A DNA stretch of 64,000 bases from a virus (lineage: Duplodnaviria > Caudoviricetes): positions 40,557-104,556 of the IMG/VR virus record IMGVR_UViG_3300021400_001310; one strand, 5' to 3'. The notes beneath the pieces were generated by a model. That model was given only the letters and a program-made list of their open reading frames with translations. It ran no database searches and had not been told where the DNA came from. Position numbers and translations under genes: made by a program. Numbering within the stretch: the stretch's first letter is position 1; each line of letters begins with the position of its first letter. Shown here piece after piece: positions 10,561-21,522 of this stretch.

Positions 10561-10730
10561 TATATCACTCCCATTCTTTTATTATATCTAAAAGTTTTTT
10601 CAAAGATATTGATTTTCCGTCAAGCTTAAATTTATATCCCGCCCTTGACATATCTTTTAGCTGAGGTGGTAATGGAACGCACGATTTCTCGTGACATTCC
10701 ATCATTCCGACTCCAAATGAATTAAATATT

Positions 10731-10961
10731 TCAAACTTCATCGCTATTATTCTCTGTTTTATTAGAACCGCCCATCTTCATCTTACTTTCATTACAGTAA
10801 TTAATTACAGATTCAAGACGTTCTTCTATGGTTTTATCTTCATCTTTTGCGTGCCTTAGAACATCATTGATTGCCAATAATGATCCGAGTTTTAAACCTT
10901 TAAGATATCGATCAGTTAATCTTTTTTTATCAGCCTTTTCTCTTAAAACCTTATTAACCAT
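10731..10961 (-). CDS. Hypothetical protein
   Basis: ORF in operon. Confidence 0.5.
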   Translation of the reverse strand: MVNKVLREKADKKRLTDRYLKGLKLGSLLAINDVLRHAKDEDKTIEERLESVINYCNESKMKMGGSNKTENNSDEV

Positions 10962-10965
10962 TACT

Positions 10966-11169
10966 TTACTCCTTTTCTTCTATTGCGTTCCACAACCCAC
11001 ATGGACATAATCCCGGTTGATTTCTTTTTATTTGATTACTAAATATTTTACAAATACACTTTGTATCTTCTGACTTTTCCACCTGACAAGGGCAGTAACC
11101 ATTATTAGCCTTTAACGCTGACCTTATTTGATCAACCTTCTTACTATCAGTATTAAGTTTGACTATCAT
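10966..11169 (-). CDS. Ferredoxin-thioredoxin reductase catalytic-subunit-like protein
   Basis: GYCPC...KCIC...CPCGLW cysteine pattern. Confidence 0.7.
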   Translation of the reverse strand: MIVKLNTDSKKVDQIRSALKANNGYCPCQVEKSEDTKCICKIFSNQIKRNQPGLCPCGLWNAIEEKE

Positions 11170-13552
11170 TAAGCTGCCACCCTTTTAACATTGTTTTAAT
11201 CTCATTAACCCCAATAAGTTTGTTTACTTCACCATTCTTTATAATTACAAGCGTAGGAGCTTGTCTTATATTAAATAATTTCGCAAGCTCTGGATTGCTG
11301 TCTGCATAAATTTTCTCATATGGAAATCCAACTTTATCAAGAGAGGCGGAAGCGATTTTACAATTCGGACATGTTGATGTTGCAAACAAATAAGTTTTAT
11401 CATCAGCAGGCACATACGAAACCGAAGACGTTTCTGTTGTTTGATATTCATTAGTTGACTCCATACTATTCTTTTTAAGATAAGAATGAGTAATATCGTA
11501 AACCTTACGGTCTATGTATTCCTGAGCTTTACCGTCGTTCCAATTCTGAACGGGGCGGTAATAACCTGTGATACGGCTGTAAACTTCCGTCGGCTTACCA
11601 CATTCAGGACATACCATCTGCTCTCCAACTATATACCCATGGTCTTTACATACCGAATAAGTCGGAGACATCGTGTAGTAAGGAAGCTTATAGTTTTCCG
11701 CTATCTTGCGGACAAGAGTTGCCGCCGCTTTCCAGTCCGGAAGCTTCTCGCCGAGGAATGCGTGGAAAACTGTACCCGAAGTGTAAAGAGTCTGGAGTTC
11801 GTCCTGAATATCGAGAGCTGAGAAAACGTCCTCTGTGAATCCAACAGGAAGATGTGAAGAGTTGGTGTAGTAAGGAGTTCCGTTTTCGTTGGCTGTGATG
11901 ATTTCGGGGAAATGCTTCTTGTCGTGCTTTGCAAGACGGTAAGCCGTTGACTCTGCGGGAGTAGCCTCAAGGTTGTAAAGATCGCCGTACTCTTCCTGAT
12001 AGTCGGAAAGGCGCTCACGCATATGGTTGAGAACTTCAATTGAAAAATCCTGAGTCTCTTTGCTGGTCATATCTTTCCTTATCCAGCTTGCGTTAAGTCC
12101 TGCTTCGTTCATGCCGACAAGACCGATAGTTGAGAAATGGTTGTTGAAGGTGCCGAGGTATCTCTTTGTGTAGGGATAAAGTCCGTTGTCAAGAAGCTTG
12201 GTGATAACCGTTCTCTTAACCTTGAGCGAACGCGCGGCAATGTCCATCATCTTGTCAAGACGTCTGAAGAAATCCTCTTTATCTTTGGAAAGATATGCGA
12301 TTCTCGGCATATTGATGGTAACTACGCCGACTGAGCCTGTGCTCTCGCCTGAGCCGAAGAAACCGCCTGATTTCTTTCTGAGTTCACGAAGGTCAAGACG
12401 AAGACGGCAGCACATCGAACGAACGTCCGAAGGCTCCATATCGGAATTGATGTAGTTTGAGAAGTAAGGAGTGCCGTATTTTGCGGTCATTTCAAAGAGA
12501 AGACGGTTGTTTTCCGTGTCTGACCAGTCAAAATCTCTTGTGATCGAATAAGTCGGGATAGGATACTGGAAGCCTCTGCCGTTGGCGTCGCCTTCAATCA
12601 TCACTTCTATAAACGCCTTGTTAATCATATCCATCTCTTTTTTACAGTCTTTGTATTTGAAGTCAACCTCTTTGCCCCCAACAATACAGTTAAGCTCTGC
12701 GAGGTCACTGGGAACAGTCCAGTCGAGGGTAATATTTGTAAACGGGCTTTGAGTTCCCCATCTTGACGGAGTGTTTACACCATAAATGAATGATTGGATA
12801 CACTGCTTAACTTCTTTATAACTAAGATTATCTGCTCTTACAAATGGAGCAAGATAGGTATCGAATGACGAGAAAGCCTGAGCGCCCGCCCATTCGTTCT
12901 GCATGATGCCGAGGAAGTTTACCATCTGATTACACAGCGTTGAAAGATGAGCTGCAGGCGATGAAGTAATTTTGCCTGAGACTCCGCCCAATCCTTCCTG
13001 AATAAGCTGCTTTAATGACCAACCTGCACAATAACCCGTTAACATTGAAAGGTCGTGAATGTGGATATCAGCGTTGCGGTGAGCGTTAGCAATTTCCTGA
13101 TCATATATTTCGGAAAGCCAGTAGTTGGCTGTGATAGCGCCTGAGTTTGAAAGAATAAGACCGCCAACCGAATAAGTAACGGTTGAATTCTCTTTAACAC
13201 GCCAATCGTTAACATTTAAATAATCGTCAACAATCGTTTTATAATTAACAGTTGTACTGTCTATATTTCTAATATTTTCTCTTTGCTTTCTATATAAAAT
13301 ATATTTCTTTGCGATATCATCGAAACCGCCTTTAATCAAAACAGACTCGACGCTATCCTGAATATCTTCAACTGATACTTTTGAATCTGAAATTTTATTA
13401 TCTAAATCAGATATAACTTTTAATGATAAGAAGTCGATAGTATCGTCATTATATTGTTTGTCACAAGCAGTAAATGCTTTCTTTACTGCTACTCTAATCT
13501 TATTAACATCAAAAGTTTCAATGTCACCATTTCTTTTTACAACTTCGTACAT
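11153..13552 (-). CDS. nrdD: Anaerobic ribonucleoside-triphosphate reductase with ATP cone and C-terminal glutaredoxin-like domain
   Basis: VVKRNG ATP cone, SMCCRL, YSRITGYY glycyl-radical motif, C-terminal TCPNC. Confidence 0.95.
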   Translation of the reverse strand: MYEVVKRNGDIETFDVNKIRVAVKKAFTACDKQYNDDTIDFLSLKVISDLDNKISDSKVSVEDIQDSVESVLIKGGFDDIAKKYILYRKQRENIRNIDSTTVNYKTIVDDYLNVNDWRVKENSTVTYSVGGLILSNSGAITANYWLSEIYDQEIANAHRNADIHIHDLSMLTGYCAGWSLKQLIQEGLGGVSGKITSSPAAHLSTLCNQMVNFLGIMQNEWAGAQAFSSFDTYLAPFVRADNLSYKEVKQCIQSFIYGVNTPSRWGTQSPFTNITLDWTVPSDLAELNCIVGGKEVDFKYKDCKKEMDMINKAFIEVMIEGDANGRGFQYPIPTYSITRDFDWSDTENNRLLFEMTAKYGTPYFSNYINSDMEPSDVRSMCCRLRLDLRELRKKSGGFFGSGESTGSVGVVTINMPRIAYLSKDKEDFFRRLDKMMDIAARSLKVKRTVITKLLDNGLYPYTKRYLGTFNNHFSTIGLVGMNEAGLNASWIRKDMTSKETQDFSIEVLNHMRERLSDYQEEYGDLYNLEATPAESTAYRLAKHDKKHFPEIITANENGTPYYTNSSHLPVGFTEDVFSALDIQDELQTLYTSGTVFHAFLGEKLPDWKAAATLVRKIAENYKLPYYTMSPTYSVCKDHGYIVGEQMVCPECGKPTEVYSRITGYYRPVQNWNDGKAQEYIDRKVYDITHSYLKKNSMESTNEYQTTETSSVSYVPADDKTYLFATSTCPNCKIASASLDKVGFPYEKIYADSNPELAKLFNIRQAPTLVIIKNGEVNKLIGVNEIKTMLKGWQLNDSQT

Positions 13553-14106
13553 TATTCTTTATCACCATCCTCGTCTATTAAGTCGACCACCTCTTTAAAT
13601 GCCAAGACAGCCTCGTCTAAATTCATATGATACTCTGTGTTTGTAATGATAAAATCCGTTTCATTTACCAATCCGTAATATTGACCGACATCAGAAAGAT
13701 TTCTTCTATAAGCCTCATCAATATCGTCTCCCCTTGAAAGAATATTGATTAACCTTGACCTACGATCTACATATAAATATACAGACGAAACATCATATCC
13801 TAATTTTTTAATTAGTCTGAACATACTTGGCGTTATTGTACAAATGGCTTTGTCTGACTTGCATTCTTCGGCAGGTATTCCATAAAACCAACCACGCCAT
13901 ACTTCAGCTACAAGAAGAAAATCATTTTTAATTAACTTCTCAAATGCTTTCTCAGATACAAAATGATAATCAACTCCATCTTTTTCATCTGGTCTCTTAG
14001 GTCTTGTAGTATAAAGAACTATGTTATGATATTTTGGATTCTTATCTACAAATGATTTAACTAATGACGACTTCCCACAGCCGCTCTCTCCTAAAACAGC
14101 AATCAA
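13552..14106 (-). CDS. gmk: Guanylate kinase-like
   Basis: GESGCGKS, YTTRPKRPDEKDGVDYHFVS. Confidence 0.85.
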   Translation of the reverse strand: MIAVLGESGCGKSSLVKSFVDKNPKYHNIVLYTTRPKRPDEKDGVDYHFVSEKAFEKLIKNDFLLVAEVWRGWFYGIPAEECKSDKAICTITPSMFRLIKKLGYDVSSVYLYVDRRSRLINILSRGDDIDEAYRRNLSDVGQYYGLVNETDFIITNTEYHMNLDEAVLAFKEVVDLIDEDGDKE

Positions 14107-14110
14107 ATTA

Positions 14111-14785
14111 TTACACCTCTTTCTTCGGCATCTTACCGCAACTATTTGTTTCTGTACAATAGCCGTACAATTTGCATTTTGGCTTCATATAATTCTTAAT
14201 GATGAAGCTCCACTCTGGTGAATACTCGTACAATTCTTTATATAAGTCACGCAGCAATTCTCTAAATTCCCAATTTGCACGAGAACATAATCTCTGATGT
14301 GACATATCTATTAAATGTCTAAGGTTGCATTTATCAACCATTGTCGTTTCCATACATAAAGGAAGCAGCATACCGGCGTCTTCTCTCGGTATTCCCATTG
14401 CTTCCAATTCTGCAACCGATTTTTGAATAGTCTCATTAGCTTGTTCGAATATGTATAAAGCTTTTGGATCGTAACTTACCGTTTTCGGTATTACATATGG
14501 ATATTCCGAATAATTTATATATCTTGTACTTGCTTGTAATCTGGAAGGTGCTCCGCCGATATGAGTATAAAATTCACGAATAACTCTTGCCGAGTAACCC
14601 TCGGCAAGAAACTCAATGTTAGGAAACTCTAACGTTCTTCCATGATTTGATTTTAAACATTCAAGACCTCTTTTATAATTTTTGTTATAGTCATCAACTT
14701 TTGCTCCCCAACAATAGCCTGCTCGTTCACCAATTAAGGATATTGGGTTTACTGTTGTGGAATTTAAAATTGTAATTCTTCCCAT
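14111..14785 (-). CDS. thyX: Flavin-dependent thymidylate synthase
   Basis: HGRTLEF, QASTRY, NLRHL, RLCSRANWE. Confidence 0.85.
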   Translation of the reverse strand: MGRITILNSTTVNPISLIGERAGYCWGAKVDDYNKNYKRGLECLKSNHGRTLEFPNIEFLAEGYSARVIREFYTHIGGAPSRLQASTRYINYSEYPYVIPKTVSYDPKALYIFEQANETIQKSVAELEAMGIPREDAGMLLPLCMETTMVDKCNLRHLIDMSHQRLCSRANWEFRELLRDLYKELYEYSPEWSFIIKNYMKPKCKLYGYCTETNSCGKMPKKEV

Positions 14786-14788
14786 TTA

Positions 14789-14989
14789 TTATTTCCTTTC
14801 GTTTTCGATAATAGGACTGGTGACGCAATTATCAATAAGATTGTCTAAGCATTTACAACAAATATGTATTTTGACGTGCTCTCCGTCATACTTACTTCCA
14901 AAGGCTAAAACACGTTCGATAACTGTTGATGCATTAACATCTAACATATTTGATATTGATTCTCCGCAAACATTACATTTAAGATTCAT
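14789..14989 (-). CDS. Small Zn-binding hypothetical protein
   Basis: CxxC...CxxC. Confidence 0.55.
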   Translation of the reverse strand: MNLKCNVCGESISNMLDVNASTVIERVLAFGSKYDGEHVKIHICCKCLDNLIDNCVTSPIIENERK

Positions 14990-15335
14990 TTGTATCGTCT
15001 CCCTTTTTGTTTATAAATTTAGATATTATTTTTTGAACCTCTTCGTCTTTAATAGCTTTACGTGAACTACTAATTGATGTCGCTTCGTCGGTAATAAAGA
15101 AACTTACGTAATTTGCATCTTCTTCTTTTGTATGTTCTTCTTGTATTATTGCTATAACTAAAATTGCTATAAACATTATAATAAAAGAGAAAACAAATAC
15201 AGCCTTATGTTCGTTTACGATGTTTGTGTACCGATTGTTTATATTTATAAACGCTGCAATAATAGGCATTATAAAAATCATTAAGCAGGTTTTTATATAA
15301 TTTAGTGGTGCTTTTATATAAATCAGTCCTTTCAC
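14979..15335 (-). CDS. Membrane protein
   Basis: Two TM segments. Confidence 0.5.
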   Translation of the reverse strand: MKGLIYIKAPLNYIKTCLMIFIMPIIAAFININNRYTNIVNEHKAVFVFSFIIMFIAILVIAIIQEEHTKEEDANYVSFFITDEATSISSSRKAIKDEEVQKIISKFINKKGDDTNES

Positions 15336-15368
15336 CGTTATAAAATCACGGTTTTATTTTAAATTTTG

Positions 15369-15995
15369 TTATGTATATTTAACTATCTTGTTTGATTTTT
15401 GAAACACCCAAAAATAACTATGATATTTTCGAGCGCTTTTTTGGTTGGCTTTCTGCCAATCCGCTACTAATCGTACCTTAGCTGTCAGAATAAATAAGTC
15501 TTTAGGATAAAACCCTGCCTTTACAGCTTCGTTAGCGATAAATACGTGACTCATATATTGTGTACTGCTGCTAACTTTATCCTGACATTTAAATATCAAG
15601 ATTCCCTTATTCTTAAGAACACGATTAAACTCCACCATACTATCAATATAATATTGATGTAATAGTTTTTCATTTGGAAAAACCGTATACCATTTATTAA
15701 TCTTATTGTTATCATCATCTTGCTCTAATGAACGACCCTTTGTTGCTAAAAATGGCGGATCAAACATTATGCAATTTATTGAGTTATCTTCAAGAGGTAA
15801 CTCTCTACTATCTCTCTTTTCTACAAATGAAAATTTTGGATTTATATCATAGCAATATTGTGGAATCTCTATTCCGTCTTTATAAAACAACCCGTTCCCA
15901 TAGGTGGGATCGCAATCTATTTTCTTTCCCGGTACGTGTAAATCCAAAATACCCTTTATTATTTCTGTTTGTTCGTATGAAACACTTTTTACCAT
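15369..15995 (-). CDS. Amino-type (m6A/m4C) DNA methyltransferase
   Basis: DPTYGNGLFY SAM motif, MFDPPF catalytic motif; start trimmed to avoid dnaE overlap. Confidence 0.8.
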   Translation of the reverse strand: MVKSVSYEQTEIIKGILDLHVPGKKIDCDPTYGNGLFYKDGIEIPQYCYDINPKFSFVEKRDSRELPLEDNSINCIMFDPPFLATKGRSLEQDDDNNKINKWYTVFPNEKLLHQYYIDSMVEFNRVLKNKGILIFKCQDKVSSSTQYMSHVFIANEAVKAGFYPKDLFILTAKVRLVADWQKANQKSARKYHSYFWVFQKSNKIVKYT

Positions 15996-16011
15996 TCTAT
16001 TTATTATCATC

Positions 16012-19000
16012 CTAACAATAAATTTTGTTATATCCGAGTAACCAATAATATTGATTTCTTTTTTCCCATGACGTACATTGTATAGTCTCACCTTTTTCAA
16101 TTGGAGAGTGTTTATATATATAATTAGGTAGAGTGAAAAGGCTGTCTTTTCCGCTTCCAATAGAATGTGTTTTAACACTATATCCAAAAAGTTTATTATC
16201 TTTATGCCTACGCAAAGGATAAATATCAACTATGTATAATTTTCTTCTGTCGCTCTCTTTCCCTGAGCTATACCCCGGATAACCCATAATGTCCACAAAG
16301 TTCGCCATTTTTAAATATGTGCTCAAGTCTTCAACGTGAAGGTCTTTGATTTGATTTTCAGTCTCTCTAAGCAAAGATTCTACGTCTAAAACTGTATAAC
16401 TCTTTGCTTCACCGCCAGACTTTGTGGTGCTGATCGAATACTTTTTTATAACGGATTCTAATCGACTTCCTTCAACTTTGACTTTTGGAATCTTCCTTAC
16501 TTGACCCTTATTAAAAATACCGTAGAAAAGCTCAAACATTTTCAGAAGTTCTCGTTGATTGCCAAAATCAGAGAAGAAATCAATCTTAATCAGTATGTCT
16601 AATTGTTTTTGGTCAATCTTTGTTTCATTTGCAATATCGTCTAACAAGTCAAAGAAATAGTCATACTGATTATCCTTCGATAATTCGAATAGCTGTTTAC
16701 CTGCTGAAGAACCCATATATTTAATTGAACCTAATCCTTTTGCTATTGTATTTTTTTCGGTGTTAAAGAAGTATTCTTCTTTCGAGACTCCCCATTTTGG
16801 CATAGTTACTTTTATACCAGATTTGGTTGCATACTCTGTGCCGTTCTTTATATCATCTTCGTTGGCAGCGTTGTTAAGAAACGCTGTCAAAAATTCTAAA
16901 GGATGATAATATCTGTAGTACGCACATAGGTATCCAAGCATACAATACGCAATGGAATGATTATACCCAAATTGATAGTTTGAACTATCTTCAATAATTT
17001 GTAAAAACTCTTTAGCTTCTTTTTCTGCTTCTTCTCTTGGTTTAGGTGACTTACTGCAATACCCGTCAAGTATTGAAGGAAGGGCGGCGTCTAATCTATC
17101 TTTCTGCTTCCGACCGATTGCACGCCTAATGTTGTCAGACGCGCTACCCGATAAACCACAAATCTGTTGCAAAAACTTAATTGTATCTTCTTGATAAATC
17201 AAATACCCAAGATTGTCTTTAAGTAATTCATCAATTATATCTGAGGGATTACTATGAATTTTTCTTGCAAGCAAGTCATCTCTGTATGAAGTTCCTGATG
17301 GTCTTATACAGGCTGTGACAATTGACATATCAAAAATATTTTGAGGTTTAAATCTCCTTAAACAGTCAAACGAAAATTTACTTTCAAACTGAAAAATTCC
17401 AGATGGACTTCTAATCATATCTGCCCATACATTTTTATCATTCCAATCTATTTCGTGCGATTTAGGATATGGTTGATTTAGATAATTACAAGTATCTCTA
17501 ATTACCTGCACAGTCTTTAAAATCAAGAAGTCGTATTTTGCAAGACCGGTATAATCGTGAACATTATCCATATCTAACATCAGACAAATTTCTCCGTCTT
17601 TATCAAAGACACCAAAGTTATCGTTTAATGTGATCGGACTGATAACCATTCCGGCAGGATGAACAGATTGAGATACCTTTGTTCCCACTAAACCATCAAA
17701 GTAGTAGAAGATATCTGGGTATTTATTCTTTGTCTCCTCTGGAGACTGTGAGTATTCGCTTTTTATTTGTGCTATTTTGTCATAATTATACGGGTTTTCT
17801 TTAATCTTTTCATTAAACTTATATCCACGATTCTGATTCCATCGGTACATTAACGCTCTGCCAATTTCGTCTATAACACTTTTATCAGCGAGAGTTCCGA
17901 AAGAAGCTACACGGGCTGTCTTATCAGCACCGAATCTTTGTATTATATGTTCAAAAATAGCTGGTCGGTCTGATTCGACGCAATCTATATCGATATCTCC
18001 GATCTCTTCTCTATCTTCGTTACAGAATCTTGAAAATACCGTATGCCAAGTTTCTGGATCAAGGTCAATGATATCAGTTACATAAGCTACTCTTGATCCA
18101 CCGACGGAGCCTCTTGCTATGCCGATTGCCATATTCTGAGATTTGCACCAAGATATAAGCTCTGACATGGACAGCATAAACCCTTCCATGTGTAACTTTT
18201 TAAAAACCCTAACCTCTTCCTTAATTGCAGACTCAAAAGCTTCAACTTGTTCAGGCGGGATTATCCTCTCTTCAACTTTTGAATCAAATTTCTCTTTGAT
18301 AGTTTGCTCGAATATTTCAGCATCTTTTTCTCTTGTTCCGTAAAGAATCGGATACTTAATAGATGTATCTAATTCTATTTCTTCTGTTAGTTCATCAAGC
18401 AAATTTGTATTATTAAGCGCTTTAACATATTCTTCTTCCGGTAAAGCATTTTGCTCTTTGAACATTTCTAATATTTCATCATATGTTTTATATGTTAAAT
18501 CAAATTTATCATCTGAGTATGACTTGCGTTTAGCTTCTAAAAGAATATCTCTACACTCTGATTTATATTGAGATGAGCTGTGCGTGTCAGTTCCCACTAT
18601 TAGAGGCTTATCAATTCTTTTGGATAAAACAAATAGTCGTTTATTATACTCAGCCTGTTCCTCACAGATGTGAGGTTGTATTTCTAAAAAATCGTATTTT
18701 TTTGCCAGCTTCATATACATTGGATGTTTATCTGGCAATTTATTTAAAGGCGATGCAAGACAAGCACTTGTTGTGATTACATTATCGGACAAGTTCAAAA
18801 ACTCATCAAAAGTAATTCGATTGACATAATAAAAGTGATCGTCCTTAAATGAACGGCTAACCAGATCATTTATTTCTTTTACCCCGTCCAGATTCTTTGC
18901 CATTAAAATGGTATGGTAATTATCTCTTACTTTTTCTTGTAAAGATTCTGTCATATATATCTCAACAGAATGTATATATTTAATTCCTGCCCGTTTGCAA

Positions 19001-19161
19001 GCTGCCCATTTTTCTGTCCAATTGGAAATCTTGCCGTGTTCGCTTATTGATAAAGCTTTAGAGCCATCTCTTACACATAACTCTACATACTCTTTAGCAT
19101 CCGTACAGCTATCAAGTAAACTATAATCACTATGACAGTGATACATTATATAATTATTAAT
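16012..19161 (-). CDS. dnaE: DNA polymerase III alpha subunit (family C)
   Basis: PHP HCHSDYS, RGSVGGS, GDIDID, SVHPAG, KYDFL, FGYNHS; probable ATT start at 19161 (ATG at 19146 alternative). Confidence 0.95.
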   Translation of the reverse strand: MNNYIMYHCHSDYSLLDSCTDAKEYVELCVRDGSKALSISEHGKISNWTEKWAACKRAGIKYIHSVEIYMTESLQEKVRDNYHTILMAKNLDGVKEINDLVSRSFKDDHFYYVNRITFDEFLNLSDNVITTSACLASPLNKLPDKHPMYMKLAKKYDFLEIQPHICEEQAEYNKRLFVLSKRIDKPLIVGTDTHSSSQYKSECRDILLEAKRKSYSDDKFDLTYKTYDEILEMFKEQNALPEEEYVKALNNTNLLDELTEEIELDTSIKYPILYGTREKDAEIFEQTIKEKFDSKVEERIIPPEQVEAFESAIKEEVRVFKKLHMEGFMLSMSELISWCKSQNMAIGIARGSVGGSRVAYVTDIIDLDPETWHTVFSRFCNEDREEIGDIDIDCVESDRPAIFEHIIQRFGADKTARVASFGTLADKSVIDEIGRALMYRWNQNRGYKFNEKIKENPYNYDKIAQIKSEYSQSPEETKNKYPDIFYYFDGLVGTKVSQSVHPAGMVISPITLNDNFGVFDKDGEICLMLDMDNVHDYTGLAKYDFLILKTVQVIRDTCNYLNQPYPKSHEIDWNDKNVWADMIRSPSGIFQFESKFSFDCLRRFKPQNIFDMSIVTACIRPSGTSYRDDLLARKIHSNPSDIIDELLKDNLGYLIYQEDTIKFLQQICGLSGSASDNIRRAIGRKQKDRLDAALPSILDGYCSKSPKPREEAEKEAKEFLQIIEDSSNYQFGYNHSIAYCMLGYLCAYYRYYHPLEFLTAFLNNAANEDDIKNGTEYATKSGIKVTMPKWGVSKEEYFFNTEKNTIAKGLGSIKYMGSSAGKQLFELSKDNQYDYFFDLLDDIANETKIDQKQLDILIKIDFFSDFGNQRELLKMFELFYGIFNKGQVRKIPKVKVEGSRLESVIKKYSISTTKSGGEAKSYTVLDVESLLRETENQIKDLHVEDLSTYLKMANFVDIMGYPGYSSGKESDRRKLYIVDIYPLRRHKDNKLFGYSVKTHSIGSGKDSLFTLPNYIYKHSPIEKGETIQCTSWEKRNQYYWLLGYNKIYC

Positions 19162-19172
19162 TTAGACACCCC

Positions 19173-20165
19173 CTAATTTAAACGACAACGTTGTTCATAT
19201 AACTTTTGAAAGACTTCAACTCCTTTATCTACCGGGCTATCCTTTTCATTTAGCAAATTCCTTTTATCTTTAATGTACTCAACTGTTACAAACTGTTTTA
19301 ATTTGTTAATCTGATGATCTTGTGTTACATCAATATCTTTATCTAAAGCGAAAACCACTCTACAGCCGAGCTTGGCAAGGATTTTTAATTGATTAGCATT
19401 TAGATGTGATGTTAAAATCGCTCCGGTATTACGAATTCCCCACGAATCCGCAAGCAAAACGCTCTTACATCCTTCAAAAATAATAATTTCTTTCTTCTCT
19501 TTTATATATTCAAGGTTGTCTGATAGTCCATAAATGGTATTCATCGTTCCCCATTGATAAAAATAACAATATTTCCTTAATTTTTTTGCTTTCCAATCGC
19601 TATCAACGGTTCTTCCGCCGATATTTACTATCTTTCCATCAACATTTTTGATTGGATATACTATTCTCTCGGAAAAACTATCATATTTTACCTGAAATTT
19701 TTCTAAAGATTCGTCCGAGATGCCTTCTGATCTCCAAATATTAAGCATATCATCACGATTTTCGTATCTATTCATATAATCATCAGCAAGAACGGTAGCT
19801 TTGCTTTGCTTAACTGTAGTTTTTGGCTTTTCAAATCGTTTAAAAACTGTCGTTGCGTTTAATTTATACCTTACCTTGATATCAACGTCGTTTAATCCTG
19901 CGTATTTCTTTAAAATCTCAACTGCTTCAGGTGCTGAACAGTTGTGATAGTGCCTAACAAACGTGTAAACATTCCCACCAATGCCAGAACTATAGTCAAA
20001 AAACACCGGTGGCTTTTGTCTGACCGAGAATGAAGGGGTTTTCTCGTCTTTGAAACAACTTAAACCCCACCATTCATCTCCTCTTTGAACTAAGTCAACA
20101 TAATTCGATATAAAATCAACAATATCTATTGATTTAATTAAGTCATCTAACTCTAATTGAATCAC
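19173..20165 (-). CDS. dnaG: DNA primase
   Basis: EKTPSFSV, IGGR, TOPRIM FEG...LDKD. Confidence 0.9.
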   Translation of the reverse strand: MIQLELDDLIKSIDIVDFISNYVDLVQRGDEWWGLSCFKDEKTPSFSVRQKPPVFFDYSSGIGGNVYTFVRHYHNCSAPEAVEILKKYAGLNDVDIKVRYKLNATTVFKRFEKPKTTVKQSKATVLADDYMNRYENRDDMLNIWRSEGISDESLEKFQVKYDSFSERIVYPIKNVDGKIVNIGGRTVDSDWKAKKLRKYCYFYQWGTMNTIYGLSDNLEYIKEKKEIIIFEGCKSVLLADSWGIRNTGAILTSHLNANQLKILAKLGCRVVFALDKDIDVTQDHQINKLKQFVTVEYIKDKRNLLNEKDSPVDKGVEVFQKLYEQRCRLN

Positions 20166-20179
20166 CCCGCTTAGTTTTA

Positions 20180-21508
20180 TTAAAACGGCGATTGCGGAAT
20201 GTGCTGTTTTGCTTCTTCGTATAAGATATGATTGCCGTCAAAGAACAAATCAATATACTCTCCTTGAGACATCTGCATTCCATTACGATTAAACGTTACT
20301 TTAAGCTTTTTATTACCGCACTCAATACCATCAGCTTCAATTTCTTCTGGAGTTTTGTCTTGAATCATACAAATCGTACTTGCGTTTCTTGCAATTTTTG
20401 CAGAATCGGCTAACCTACCTGTTCCTGTCGCTTGAGCCGCACCTATTGCAGCGATATTCATATCTCCGGCGATCTGATTCTTAACCATATCAACAAATCG
20501 TCCTAACTCTGCATAACTATCCCACGCATCTCCGTCACCTTTTGATTTGAAATAATCAACAATCAGCACATCTATGCCTTGTATATGGTCGATTCTTTTA
20601 ATCGCTGTATAAATAGACTGAAGATCAAATGTGGGAATATAAATATGTGTAAACTTCTTTGTTTTAATCCATTGAATAGCATTATCAATCTTCATCTCTT
20701 CTTCTTTTGAGTATGCTCCTACTAAAAGTTTGCGATATTCAATACCAGACAAATGAGCTATTACTCTTGCAGTAAACATTCTTGTATTAAGCTCGCTGTC
20801 AAGATATAAAACCGACTTATCTTGCTTTAATAAATCAATAGCACAGTTTAGAAGTAACATACTTTTACCTTGCTTTGCTTCAGCACCAAAGATTACTAAT
20901 TCCCCTCTCTCAATCGAGACATAATCATTTAGTTTCGGAAACTTAAATGGTATTCCTGAGTATGTAGAATTCTGTCTCGACTTTATCTCAGCCCAATACG
21001 CATCAATTACATCTTTGTATTCAGGAAAATCATCTGCATGAGTATATGACATTGATATTTGATCAATCTCGTCATATATCTTTTGCTCAAGATTGTCGAT
21101 TGATTCGTTATAACAAAACTCTTTACTCTTATCAAGCGCAGAAACCAAATCTCTTCGCATTGCACAATCTAAAACTTTATTAACAAGCAGTCTATATTCT
21201 TCCACTGTGTAACGAGCAATCACGTCACTCATTTCAATCAGTTCTTGTAGCTGAGTTACTGATATTTCTTTAGCAATTCTTTTCGTAGCTTCAGAAGTGT
21301 CTAATATTTCAAAAATGTTATACGCATCCACGTTGGTTACACCCTGTTCAACGAGCATTTGAATTGCTGTGTAGATATATGCGTTCTCCGATATTGAAAA
21401 ATCAGCAGGATGTAAATTCTCAGACATATATATAAACTCTGGATTATGTATAAGAGTCGCAATTATACCGGCTTCACTCTCTACGCTGCATATCTTATTG
21501 TTATCCAC
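20180..21508 (-). CDS. dnaB: Replicative DNA helicase
   Basis: GAEAKQGKS, LIVDY, AAQ, ADS, NRNG. Confidence 0.9.
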   Translation of the reverse strand: MDNNKICSVESEAGIIATLIHNPEFIYMSENLHPADFSISENAYIYTAIQMLVEQGVTNVDAYNIFEILDTSEATKRIAKEISVTQLQELIEMSDVIARYTVEEYRLLVNKVLDCAMRRDLVSALDKSKEFCYNESIDNLEQKIYDEIDQISMSYTHADDFPEYKDVIDAYWAEIKSRQNSTYSGIPFKFPKLNDYVSIERGELVIFGAEAKQGKSMLLLNCAIDLLKQDKSVLYLDSELNTRMFTARVIAHLSGIEYRKLLVGAYSKEEEMKIDNAIQWIKTKKFTHIYIPTFDLQSIYTAIKRIDHIQGIDVLIVDYFKSKGDGDAWDSYAELGRFVDMVKNQIAGDMNIAAIGAAQATGTGRLADSAKIARNASTICMIQDKTPEEIEADGIECGNKKLKVTFNRNGMQMSQGEYIDLFFDGNHILYEEAKQHIPQSPF

Positions 21509-21522
21509 GCTATCACCTCACT

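Noticed and set aside
11486-12455. Antisense and alternate-frame ORFs inside nrdD and other long genes
   Set aside because: Shadow ORFs, favoured by locally higher GC.
15996-16229. N-terminal extension of the methyltransferase ORF
   Set aside because: It overlaps the dnaE 3' end and the methyltransferase motifs begin downstream.
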